Assembly (NCBI GenBank): GCA_043728105.1
Contig: JAYTMW010000057.1
Span: 1-40,402 of the forward strand
Direction of reading: 5' to 3'
Origin: Saprospiraceae bacterium
GTDB lineage: Bacteria > Bacteroidota > Bacteroidia > Chitinophagales > Saprospiraceae
DNA: 40,402 nucleotides
Part shown: positions 18,392 to 26,950 of the stretch, in pieces
How the letters are laid out: each line of letters starts with the position of its first letter
Position numbering within the stretch: the stretch's first letter is position 1
Notes under the pieces: generated by a model
The model's database searches: none
Told to the model about the DNA's origin: nothing
What the model saw: the letters and a program-made list of their open reading frames with translations, nothing else
Made by a program: the position numbers and the translations under genes

Positions 18392-19111
18392 TTAATAATT
18401 TAATAGGTTAATAAAATCTGTCGTTTCATCCCAAATTAAAAGTCCTTCGTTTTCAGTGTCTAATTGGCCCAATATATCTCCTTTTTTGTTGATAATCGAA
18501 GATTTACCATCGCATAGATAAGCACCCGTTTGCCCAACGCAATTGGCCATTAGAACTGTCATGTTATATTTTTGAGCCGTATTGGATAACTTTACGAGGG
18601 CTTTATCAATCGTATCTTCTACCACGCTCGCAATATAGATTTCCGCCCCTTTTTTATGAGCCGCCTCAGCGTGTTCCGCAACCGAAAGTTCATAACAAAT
18701 TGCCAACGCTATTTTAGTATTTGATATAAACGTTCTATCATTTTTTCCACTCACAAAAAATGGCGTTTCAGAAGCATGAAGATACTGTTTAGAATACACT
18801 TGACGGGGTTTATTAGGATGAAACAAAACCATACTAATTGTAACGCCCCCCTCAGTATTTATGGGTAAACCAACCCCGATGACAATACTATGATTGTTAC
18901 TTAATTGTTGCAGAGGTTCTAAACGAGGGTCGTGAATGTTTGTTGCCAACTCTTTGGATAACTCTGGTTCGTAGCCTGTAAGCGACAATTCTGGGAATAC
19001 TAAAACGTTTGCCCCTTCTGATGCCGCTATTTCAATCATTTTACAATGGTTTTCTAAATTTGCAGCTATATCTCCTTTTATGGGTCGGGTTTGAGCAACG
19101 GCAAGTTTCAT
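18392..19111 (-). CDS. Carbon-nitrogen hydrolase (nitrilase-superfamily) protein
   Basis: 239-aa ORF. MKLAVAQ..VLVFPELSLTGYEP (catalytic Glu context) and KIALAICYE (catalytic Cys context). Confidence 0.8.
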   Translation of the reverse strand: MKLAVAQTRPIKGDIAANLENHCKMIEIAASEGANVLVFPELSLTGYEPELSKELATNIHDPRLEPLQQLSNNHSIVIGVGLPINTEGGVTISMVLFHPNKPRQVYSKQYLHASETPFFVSGKNDRTFISNTKIALAICYELSVAEHAEAAHKKGAEIYIASVVEDTIDKALVKLSNTAQKYNMTVLMANCVGQTGAYLCDGKSSIINKKGDILGQLDTENEGLLIWDETTDFINLLNY

Positions 19112-19227
19112 ATTAAATTCTTAATTTATTAAAAAGTATTTTATCTAAAAAATTTGATTTAAAATTAAATTTTATCACAAATAGTCTTCTATTTTGTCCT
19201 TTATTTAATTAAACATACACCGAGAAA

Positions 19228-20109
19228 ATGCCCAATCAATTCGACCGAATTTTTAAGGAAAATATCAAACCTCTCTTTCATTTTTTTGCAGAAAGAGAGG
19301 GCGTAAAGATAGAAAAAAGTGAAGAAATTAAAGACAAAATTCAAGCAACAGTTGAACGAGAAGCTGATTTTGTTAGAAAAGTTGTTTTAGCCAAAAAGAA
19401 GAAAAATTCAATTTTGCAGCTTGAGTTTCAATTGGGGCCAGGTCGGCGATTGCCACACCGCCTTTTGCTTTATCGTGGTATGCTTTATCACGAACACGAT
19501 TTAGAAGTGAAGCAAATTGTCATTTTTTTAGCGTCGAAACCTATAAAAATGAAGAATTTTATTCAACAAGAAAATCTATATTTAGGGTTTCATATTGTAA
19601 ACGTTTGCGAAATTCCGTATCACGAATTTCTCAAAACCAATGCGCCCGAAGCTATTATCATGGCCATTTTGGCAGATACTGAAAACCAATCGCCCGATAA
19701 AATTGTTGATGACGTATTGACGGCTTTGAGAGAAAACGCCATTGACACAATAGAACTTCAAAAATATTTGGGACAGTTGCAAGTTTTATCAAATCTTCGT
19801 AAATTGCAGTCGAAAGTTTATCAAAAAATAAAAGCCATGCCAATAAAAGTTGATTTATCAAAAGATCCGATGGTTCTTGAATTTACCGAACAAGCTCATG
19901 AAAAAGGTATCGAACAAGGTCTCGAAAAGGGTATCGAACAAGGTATCGAGCAAGGTCGTGAACTGGCGACGATTGCTTTCGTCCGTAATATGTTAAATTC
20001 GGGTGAATCAAACATAGAACGGATAGCCAGCATAACCAATACTTCCGTTGATTTTGTTAATAGAATAAAAAAGGAAATAGATAAAGAAAAGAAAAAAGGG
20101 CAGAAATGA
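19228..20109 (+). CDS. Rpn-family recombination-promoting nuclease / putative transposase (PD-(D/E)xK)
   Basis: 293-aa ORF. FDRIFKE.., EREADFV..LQLEFQ nuclease-core-like motifs. C-terminal EKGIEQGLEKGIEQGIEQGRE..NMLNSG..IASITN tail, typical of this family. Confidence 0.65.
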   Translation: MPNQFDRIFKENIKPLFHFFAEREGVKIEKSEEIKDKIQATVEREADFVRKVVLAKKKKNSILQLEFQLGPGRRLPHRLLLYRGMLYHEHDLEVKQIVIFLASKPIKMKNFIQQENLYLGFHIVNVCEIPYHEFLKTNAPEAIIMAILADTENQSPDKIVDDVLTALRENAIDTIELQKYLGQLQVLSNLRKLQSKVYQKIKAMPIKVDLSKDPMVLEFTEQAHEKGIEQGLEKGIEQGIEQGRELATIAFVRNMLNSGESNIERIASITNTSVDFVNRIKKEIDKEKKKGQK

Positions 20110-20144
20110 CCCCCCTCAGTATTTTCACATATTTTCCAAAAAAA

Positions 20145-20180
20145 ACAAGCGTTTCAACACAATGAAACGCTTGTTTTTTG
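20145..20180 (+). terminator. Rho-independent terminator after the Rpn-like gene
   Basis: acaagcgtttca-acacaa-tgaaacgcttgt followed by ttttt and preceded by an A-run (bidirectional potential). Confidence 0.7.
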
Positions 20181-20186
20181 ATAAAC

Positions 20187-20344
20187 ACTTAGCCAGAACT
20201 TTGACAAAGTGAAAAAACTTTGTCAAAGTATTTAGATTAGAAAATATAGCAATTTTCAAGAAGTTTTCAAGAAGCTTACGAGTAATCTTGCTTGATTTTT
20301 GACTTTGACAAAGTTTTTTCACTTTGTCAAAGTTCTGGCTAAGT
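20187..20344. repeat. MITE-like element: perfect 42-bp inverted repeats flanking a 74-bp core
   Basis: Left arm acttagccagaactttgacaaagtgaaaaaactttgtcaaag (20187..20228) is the exact reverse complement of 20303..20344. The core contains the direct repeat ttttcaagaag x2. Confidence 0.85.
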
Positions 20345-20372
20345 ATTTACGTTTTTTGTTAGAAAAAATATT

Positions 20373-21428
20373 TTACATCCCCAAAATCTTCCGATTCAAA
20401 GCCTCATCAACACCGCCACCGCCTGCAAAATCATCAAACGTTTTTTCCGTCACGTTAATAATGTGTTGCTTGATGAAAGGCGCACCTTCCGCCGCACCTT
20501 GCTCGGGTGATTTGATGCAACACTCCCATTCTAACACTGCCCACCCGTCATAATCGTAGCGAGAAAGTTTTGAGAAAATTTGCTTAAAATCCACTTGCCC
20601 ATCGCCCAAAGAACGAAAACGACCTGCCCTATCGTTCCAATCTTGATAACCACCGTAAACCCCTACCCTACCGTTTGGTCGGAACTCCGCATCTTTGACG
20701 TGGAACATTTTTATTCTTTCGTGATAAAAATCAATGTACTGCAAATAATCCAATTGTTGCAGTAAAAAATGGCTCGGGTCATAAAGGATATTTGCCCGCT
20801 TATGATTTTTGACGTGCTTCAAAAACATTTCAAACGTAATGCCATCGTGCAGGTCTTCGCCTGGATGAATTTCGTAACACAAATCCACGCCACAACGGTC
20901 AAATTCATCCAAAATGGGTTTCCAACGACGGGCTAACTCTTTAAAACAAGTATCCACCAAACCCTTCGGACGTTGGGGCCAAGGATAAACTGTGTGCCAC
21001 ATCAAAGCACCCGAAAAGGTTACATGGGCATTCAAACCCAAATTCTCGCTCGCTTTTGCAGCCCACATCAATTGTTGAACCGCCCATTTCTGACGTTCTT
21101 TTGGCTTGCCTTTCACCTCCGCAGGGGCAAACGCATCGAACCCAATATTATACGCAGGGTTCACCGCCACCAATTGTCCTTGCAAATGCGTGGACAATTC
21201 CGTGATTTCTAAACCAAAAGATTTGATTTTACTCTTTAATTCGTTGCAATAGGTTTTTGATTCGGCGGCTTTTTGAAGATCTATCAAACGACCATCCCAA
21301 GTAGGGATTTGGATGCCGATATATCCTAACGAAGCGGCCCATTTGCAAACGCCTTCGAGGGTGTTAAAAGGGGCCGTATCGCCCATGAATTGTGCCAAGA
21401 AAATGGCTGGCCCTTGTATGGTTTTCAT
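20373..21428 (-). CDS. Sugar phosphate isomerase/epimerase (xylose-isomerase-like TIM barrel)
   Basis: 351-aa ORF. Family-typical segments GYIGIQIP, CYEIHPGED, HVKD..GDG.VDF, AVLEWEC. Confidence 0.75.
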   Translation of the reverse strand: MKTIQGPAIFLAQFMGDTAPFNTLEGVCKWAASLGYIGIQIPTWDGRLIDLQKAAESKTYCNELKSKIKSFGLEITELSTHLQGQLVAVNPAYNIGFDAFAPAEVKGKPKERQKWAVQQLMWAAKASENLGLNAHVTFSGALMWHTVYPWPQRPKGLVDTCFKELARRWKPILDEFDRCGVDLCYEIHPGEDLHDGITFEMFLKHVKNHKRANILYDPSHFLLQQLDYLQYIDFYHERIKMFHVKDAEFRPNGRVGVYGGYQDWNDRAGRFRSLGDGQVDFKQIFSKLSRYDYDGWAVLEWECCIKSPEQGAAEGAPFIKQHIINVTEKTFDDFAGGGGVDEALNRKILGM

Positions 21429-21499
21429 AAATTGTGTCTGTTTTTAATCAGAATGAATAGAATTAGTTACCTTTTATTATAACTCAACGATAGATTTTT

Positions 21500-21531
21500 A
21501 GCTGACAGCTCATTGCTGAAAGCTGACAGCT
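21500..21531. repeat. Short dispersed repeat agctgaNNgctcattgctgaaagctgaNNgct
   Basis: Second copy at 32440..32471. A related gctgaaagcatg piece at 36921..36932 and its complement near 40351..40362. Confidence 0.75.
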
Positions 21532-21634
21532 AATTAGTTACCTTTTTCTCTAAACAAATAAGGTTTAGAAGATTTGCGTGCGAAGCGTTTTCTTCTAAAC
21601 CTTTTTTTTCATACCCCCTCAATATTTTAGCTTT

Positions 21635-21817
21635 TTAAAGTGCTGAAATATGTGGGTAGTATTTTTTTTCGTAGTTATCAACCATGTTGCAGAGCGTTTT
21701 TAACTCTTTTTTTTCAGGTGATTTACTCGTAAGTTTTCCATGCATCAGTCTGAAAATGCGAGCCATAGCTCTTTCATACTGAACTTCATCGTTAATAGGT
21801 TTGATGAATCCTTCCAT
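21635..21817 (-). CDS. Possible N-terminal fragment of a HigA-type (COG5499-like) antitoxin/HTH regulator; HTH part missing
   Basis: 60-aa ORF IKPINDEVQYERAMARIFRLM..KELKTLCNMVDNYEKKYYP resembles the N-terminal helix pair of HigA-like antitoxins. The ORF stops just before a motif copy and hairpin (21561..21626). Confidence 0.35.
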   Translation of the reverse strand: MEGFIKPINDEVQYERAMARIFRLMHGKLTSKSPEKKELKTLCNMVDNYEKKYYPHISAL

Positions 21818-21961
21818 TTTTGTCTGATTTTAAGTTGTAAAACATTGCGATAGTATTAGTAATCAATGTTTTTAAGGTTTTAAAATATTCAGACCGTCGG
21901 GTGAAAAATAAAATGTAAGGTGATTTTCAAGGGCAAGATAATAACAATATCCGCTAATTAC

Positions 21962-23122
21962 TTAAAAATCAACCCATTTTTTTTTGTTACTCGACTCTAC
22001 AACTTTATATATAAATTTCATGCCACGAACACCGTCAGATACGGAGGGGTAGTCGAGCAACGGATTTTGTGGTTGCCCTGCCAATTGCGCTTGTATGTGC
22101 GCCGCAAAATTGCGATAAATGCTCGCAAAGGCTTCCAAGTATCCTTCGGGATGCCCCGCAGGTACACGGGTGTGCAAAGATGCCACTTCATAAGCGGGCG
22201 TTTCGGGATATAAGCCACTATACCCTACTCTATGAATTTGCTTAGGTTTATCTAACCATTTGACTATCAATGAGTTAGGTTCTTCTTGCTTCCATTCTAA
22301 GCCGCCTTTTTCGCCCCAAATGCGGATATTAAGCCCATTTTCCTCACCCGCACAAATTTGTGAACAATGCAAAATACCCTTTGCTCCATTGTCGTAATGT
22401 ATCAAGATATTGGCATCATCATCAAGCAAACGTCCTTCTACAAACGTCGAAACGTCGGCATAGACGCTCTTGATTTGTAAGCCCGTGATGTACTCCGCTA
22501 AGTTCTCGGCGTGCGTACCAATGTCGCCCAAAGAGCCACCAATCCCCGACCGTTTTGGGTCAGTGCGCCAACCCGCTTGTTTAGAATCGGTCGCTTCTCT
22601 TTTCCAAGACAGCCAACCTTGCGGATACTCAACGACAACCTTTCGGATTTTGCCAAACTGCCCTTCTTTCACCATTTGTTTGGCTTGTTTGACCATCGGA
22701 TAGCCCGTGTAATTGTGCGTGAGGGCGAACAACATGCCCGTTTTTTCAACAATTTTCTCCAATTCTTCCGCTTCTTTCAAGCTGAAACTCACGGGTTTGT
22801 CGCATATCACATGGAAACCATTTTCCAACGCCATTTTTGCGGGCGCAAAATGCACGTGGTTGGGTGTCACGATGCTCACGATGTCCATCCGCTTATCGGC
22901 AGGGAGTTTTTTCTCTTTCAAAATCATGGTTTTGAAGTCGGGATAAATCCGTTTAGGGTCTAAATACAACGCCTCACCAGAGCGGCGAGAGCGTTCTGCA
23001 TCACTCGAAAATGCGCCACACACGAGTTCAATTTGTCCATCTATTGCGGCCGCCATGCGGTGAACACCTCCTATAAATGCGCCTTCTCCACCGCCTACCA
23101 TGCCCATTCTTATTTTTCGCAT
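21962..23122 (-). CDS. Gfo/Idh/MocA-family NAD(P)-dependent oxidoreductase
   Basis: 386-aa ORF with N-terminal Rossmann MGMVGGGEGAFIGGVH, VSIVTPNHVH, CDKP. Confidence 0.85.
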   Translation of the reverse strand: MRKIRMGMVGGGEGAFIGGVHRMAAAIDGQIELVCGAFSSDAERSRRSGEALYLDPKRIYPDFKTMILKEKKLPADKRMDIVSIVTPNHVHFAPAKMALENGFHVICDKPVSFSLKEAEELEKIVEKTGMLFALTHNYTGYPMVKQAKQMVKEGQFGKIRKVVVEYPQGWLSWKREATDSKQAGWRTDPKRSGIGGSLGDIGTHAENLAEYITGLQIKSVYADVSTFVEGRLLDDDANILIHYDNGAKGILHCSQICAGEENGLNIRIWGEKGGLEWKQEEPNSLIVKWLDKPKQIHRVGYSGLYPETPAYEVASLHTRVPAGHPEGYLEAFASIYRNFAAHIQAQLAGQPQNPLLDYPSVSDGVRGMKFIYKVVESSNKKKWVDF

Positions 23123-23299
23123 AATTTTTTAGTTTTTATCTTTTAGAATTTTTTTTGTTGAAAAAAGGGGTAAAATACTGAGGGGGTGCTAAATTGTGAA
23201 AAATATCAGAAAGTCAAGTTATTTTTGACAATAATTTATGCTTTTACCCTTGAAAAAACTTCAAAGAGTAAATATCCATCACGTAGAAAAACAGAAGAT

Positions 23300-23590
23300 A
23301 TGAATTTGACAAAAGAACAAATTAAGGAGGTAAATAAAATCAGTAAAAAGGATATTGATTTTATTCTGTCTATCATTTTTCGACATATAACAGTTGTGGA
23401 AGGTGATGATGTTAAAGAAATAGCTAAGAAGGTGGCATGTTTGCGGGCATTTCATCGTTGGTTATCGGACTCTGTTGATGTTAATGCTCTTAAAATTAAG
23501 AAGAGGAAAGCGGATTTTGTGGAGTTAATGTATAAGATGGTGCAGCAAATGGAGGGTTTTGCGGGGTTGATTGGGTTAAAAGTGGGATAG
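23300..23590 (+). CDS. Small hypothetical protein
   Basis: The ORF track gives 23186..23590, but that start is a GTG inside the 13-mer repeat. ATG at 23300 (MNLTKEQIKEV..) is more plausible. No recognisable domain. Confidence 0.45.
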   Translation: MNLTKEQIKEVNKISKKDIDFILSIIFRHITVVEGDDVKEIAKKVACLRAFHRWLSDSVDVNALKIKKRKADFVELMYKMVQQMEGFAGLIGLKVG

Positions 23591-23596
23591 TTTTAT

Positions 23597-24115
23597 TTAC
23601 AAATCAATATTAAAATTATACGCCTCCGCAATCAATGGCAACATCAAAAAAGAGAAAACCATTCTACTCTGTTCGATGGATTTGTCGATGAGTTTGTTGT
23701 ATTCATCTTTGGTGCAAACAACTTCGTTAAAAACGATGTGGCTATTATTCCAAGTAGCGATAAACTGTTTTTTAAATTTTTTATCGTCTATAAATTCAGA
23801 TTTAACATCCATCATAAGAGCCATAAATTTACCACTTTTGCCCAGAGCGTCTAACTTAGACATATCCAGTTTTTGCACATCGGTCGGTTGAAAAATCTCA
23901 TAGTATTTTTTCTTCAATTTGCGTTTAGCCAGTTCTTCAATGGTTTCTCCTTTCGTATTTTTGATTTTGAAAATATTAGCCATCAGTATGGGACAAATAG
24001 AGTCTTTATGCACCAAGTAATACCCAATCATAGTGCTGTTGATGCTTGGATTTTGTTGGGCTTTGATACCGTTTATTAGCGTTGCCAGAAACAATAAAAT
24101 CAGTATTTTTTTCAT
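23597..24115 (-). CDS. Secreted hypothetical protein
   Basis: 172-aa ORF with signal peptide MKKILILLFLATLINGIKAQ. AT-rich. No recognisable domain. Confidence 0.6.
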   Translation of the reverse strand: MKKILILLFLATLINGIKAQQNPSINSTMIGYYLVHKDSICPILMANIFKIKNTKGETIEELAKRKLKKKYYEIFQPTDVQKLDMSKLDALGKSGKFMALMMDVKSEFIDDKKFKKQFIATWNNSHIVFNEVVCTKDEYNKLIDKSIEQSRMVFSFLMLPLIAEAYNFNIDL

Positions 24116-24142
24116 GATTGTATTTTTAATTTTGAAGAAAAG

Positions 24143-24187
24143 AACCCCTCAGTATTTTTGCTTTTTATTCCTAAATACTGAGGGAGT
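24143..24187. repeat. Inverted pair of the abundant motif (hairpin) between two minus-strand genes
   Basis: aacccctcagtattt ... aaatactgagggagt separated by about 15 nt. Confidence 0.85.
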
Positions 24188-24315
24188 GTTGCAGTTTCAA
24201 CTTTACTTTCTCAAATCCCGAAATAATCAGGACAAACTAATACGTAACGAGATAAAATCTCTGACGAGCCATCACAACGGACAGCACAATTGCAAGATAG
24301 GTATCCTATATCAAC

Positions 24316-24951
24316 TTAAAGACTCAATATTTTTTTATACCCAAAAGAATATTCATCGCCATTTGACTCTTCAAAAGACAAAATTCTGTCACATTCAATA
24401 TCATCAACTATTTTAAAACGTGATACAAAATCATTAGCCCCAGAAAAAAATCTCTCATTATCTAAAAGTATATTCAATTGTTGATTTTTCATGAAAAGCC
24501 TAAGTATATAAGAGCATTTGATGTCAATAAAGTAATGATTATCTCCCAATTTGTCTTTTATTATAATCTCTGAATCCTGATTTGAATCAGATTGAAAATT
24601 AAGATAACCATAAAGTTCAACTTTAAAAATTCTCGAATCAACAAAGTCATAATAGACTCCTTGTTCAAGCATATGAGGGTTCAAATCAATCATAGATAAA
24701 TGCTGAACCGATAGTTTCAAATTATTATTTTGATTAATAAATGCTATATCATTTAACGTATATTGAGCTAATACAAGAACTTGCTTAGAGGATAAAGATA
24801 TATAAATATCCTTTCCAAGAAAGATTGAGTCTTTTGAATCTTTATTCTGCCTTATAATGTATTGTGGAGCATAAAGCCCCACAATGTCATTGCCTACCAA
24901 ACTTTCTAAGACAGAACTTATTTCTGTATTAATATTGAACGATTTTTTCAT
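24316..24951 (-). CDS. Cytoplasmic hypothetical protein, translationally coupled to the upstream lipoprotein gene (candidate immunity/partner protein)
   Basis: 211-aa ORF with no signal peptide. Its ATG (24951) lies 1 nt after the TAA (24955..24953) of the 576-aa ORF. AT-rich. Confidence 0.65.
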   Translation of the reverse strand: MKKSFNINTEISSVLESLVGNDIVGLYAPQYIIRQNKDSKDSIFLGKDIYISLSSKQVLVLAQYTLNDIAFINQNNNLKLSVQHLSMIDLNPHMLEQGVYYDFVDSRIFKVELYGYLNFQSDSNQDSEIIIKDKLGDNHYFIDIKCSYILRLFMKNQQLNILLDNERFFSGANDFVSRFKIVDDIECDRILSFEESNGDEYSFGYKKILSL

Positions 24952-24952
24952 A

Positions 24953-26683
24953 TTAAAATCTTATTTTTACAATGGTGCTTTCGCTTCCAGTTGTTGGGTG
25001 CTTGTATATTATTTCTATCGTTGGTGTTTGATAAGAATCAGATGTTGGATACCAATTGAAAATAAAGTTATCAACTTGAAACTTTAACCCGTTTCTACCA
25101 TCTGATATAGGTGTAACTCCAAAAGTATTTTTTAAATCATTCCAAACGTCTTGATCTTTGTTACTATTTGTTAACAGCCCTCCTTTATCATCAACATCCA
25201 ACTTGCTCAATAGTCTGTTTTTTTTCAAACTATCATAAACTTTTTGAAGTTTTTGGTCAATCCCTACAAAATAACGATTTTGCCAAAGACCGCTTAGTCG
25301 TTTATAAACTCTATTGATTTTAGTATAAACTTCTTTAATTTTCCAAAGTGAATTAACTGCTGTAAAACCAGGGAATTTTTTAGCAACAAATTTAAGAATA
25401 GTCCTTGTCACTTTGAATGATAACTTCTCAAGTTTCTGAGTACCATTTTCAAGTAATCCTCTTAATTCAATCAAATCATCTATCCCAAGTAAATTATTAA
25501 GCCATTCCTGTGCTCCTTCCGTAACTAAATCCAATAAAACATTTTTTAATGGGTCTCCACCGCTACCACTTGTCCCTAAGCTGTTGAGCGTATTAGCTAC
25601 CTCTGCAAACTCACTACTCTCATTCGTCAGTTTCTGATAAAGCAAAGCATCCGCTCGGAAATTAGCATCCATGCCTTCTTCTGTTGCTAACCCATCCACT
25701 TCCGCAAAGAGCTCTTTATCAGCATACAAGGCTTCAAATTCAAGAGGATCAAATCCTGCATTGATATACCTAATCTTTGCAGAAGCTTTTTCAATTGCGG
25801 CATCATTGGCTACCGCACCAAAAAACGAGTTATCAATTTCATTCGAGAGACTGCTACTCTGACTGGTTCCAGAAGTGCCCGAATTTTCTCCATCAGGATT
25901 AGTGGGATCTGTATTTGGTGATACAGATGGCTGACTATAGCCAAAACCCAAATTGGCGTAACCACCCCCTCCTTCTCCTCCTCCTGGATTTTGAATGAAA
26001 AATTTTGCAATTGTATTTACAGCACAAGTTGCCATACACCATATTTCATCCAAAATTCCAGCACCAGCTCCACCACTCCAGCAATTACAACTTGACCTGC
26101 CAAAATTATTATTGATAATATTTGCACTCAGATACGCTCGTCCAACAAATTTGCCATTTTCAATAGCAAGTATTTTCTGAATAAGTCCGTCCATTCCTAA
26201 TTGATAAAAAAGGCCTGAAAAGTCATCAACGGAGAATTTACTATGGGATAGTTTATAGTTTCTTGTCGGACGGTAAACTTGCAACCGGGCATCAATATTA
26301 TTCGATGAGTCTTTAAAGCACACTAACAAGTAATTCAGCTCCTTACCATCAAGAACCGAAATTTTACTTACTGGTACTACAACAATAGTGTTTGTTTTGA
26401 GATAAGTTGAAATTTTAGCATGAGACCACAATGGTGTAACGGACAATTGCTCATCAGTAAAAAATTTATCTGAGTGCTTAGTTGTATCGTTTGTTGTAAC
26501 TATTGATTTTGCAGAAGATGCAATTACCTTAGTTACTCCATACTTTGATTCAAACCACGTCTGAACCATCTCTACCGTCAAGGGATTGGCGATAGCTGTA
26601 GTGGGATTGCTTGATACTGAGGGGTCTGTTGCGTCTAAGTTTTTCGAACACCCCCAAAGCACCCCAACCAACAAAGCCGCCAA
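24953..26683 (-). CDS. Polymorphic-family lipoprotein: conserved N-terminal domain, Gly-rich linker, divergent C-terminal region
   Basis: 576-aa ORF from TTG 26683 with lipobox LWGC. Cys-rich patch CNCWSGG..WCMATC, then NPGGGEGGGGY and an S/T/G-rich linker. The C-terminal ~300 aa are unlike the paralog at 1..900. Confidence 0.75.
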   Translation of the reverse strand: MAALLVGVLWGCSKNLDATDPSVSSNPTTAIANPLTVEMVQTWFESKYGVTKVIASSAKSIVTTNDTTKHSDKFFTDEQLSVTPLWSHAKISTYLKTNTIVVVPVSKISVLDGKELNYLLVCFKDSSNNIDARLQVYRPTRNYKLSHSKFSVDDFSGLFYQLGMDGLIQKILAIENGKFVGRAYLSANIINNNFGRSSCNCWSGGAGAGILDEIWCMATCAVNTIAKFFIQNPGGGEGGGGYANLGFGYSQPSVSPNTDPTNPDGENSGTSGTSQSSSLSNEIDNSFFGAVANDAAIEKASAKIRYINAGFDPLEFEALYADKELFAEVDGLATEEGMDANFRADALLYQKLTNESSEFAEVANTLNSLGTSGSGGDPLKNVLLDLVTEGAQEWLNNLLGIDDLIELRGLLENGTQKLEKLSFKVTRTILKFVAKKFPGFTAVNSLWKIKEVYTKINRVYKRLSGLWQNRYFVGIDQKLQKVYDSLKKNRLLSKLDVDDKGGLLTNSNKDQDVWNDLKNTFGVTPISDGRNGLKFQVDNFIFNWYPTSDSYQTPTIEIIYKHPTTGSESTIVKIRF

Positions 26684-26695
26684 TAAACAAAAATT

Positions 26696-26722
26696 CCGAA
26701 AACGGCGTTACGCCGTTTTCGG
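26696..26722 (-). promoter_or_regulatory. Perfect hairpin with in-frame TAA between a 15-codon leader ORF (ATG 26755) and the lipoprotein frame
   Basis: ATG AAA AAA TTA ATG TGT TAT TTC GAT TTA TCG CCG AAA ACG GCG TAA CGC CGT TTT CGG AAT TTT TGT TTA TTG GCG.. is all one frame. The hairpin is identical to 913..939. Confidence 0.6.
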
Positions 26723-26950
26723 CGATAAATCGAAATAACACATTAATTTTTTCATAATGTATAAAAATTTTTAAATAAGTTGTTTTGTCAAAATTGACAC
26801 TTAAAAGTAACCTTTACTCTTCGAAGCCGTATTTTTTTATTGTTATTTTTCAAGAAAATACTTTAAAAATGGTATGAAAAACAATGAAATTTATAAAAAT
26901 ACTGAGGGGGTCGCTTTCTCACGGGCGATTAAAATCGCCCGCTATTGATG

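Noticed and set aside
20187-20344. Invertible promoter (fin/hix-type switch) between the 42-bp inverted repeats
   Set aside because: The element lies between the 3' ends of two convergent genes, so there is nothing for it to switch. I found no good TAnnTTTG box in the core and no tyrosine or serine recombinase gene nearby.
24033-24416. ORF 24033..24416 (+), plus 20125..20322, 20299..20553, 36950..37201 and 37089..37319
   Set aside because: All lie within hairpin or MITE sequence, or antisense to better ORFs. Several contain the motif-derived NTEGV/LRGP peptides and mirror each other because of inverted repeats.
24953-26683. Diversity-generating retroelement or shufflon as the source of C-terminal variability in the lipoprotein family
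   Set aside because: There is no reverse transcriptase, no template/variable repeat pair and no recombinase in the window. The divergence spans whole domains rather than a short variable region.
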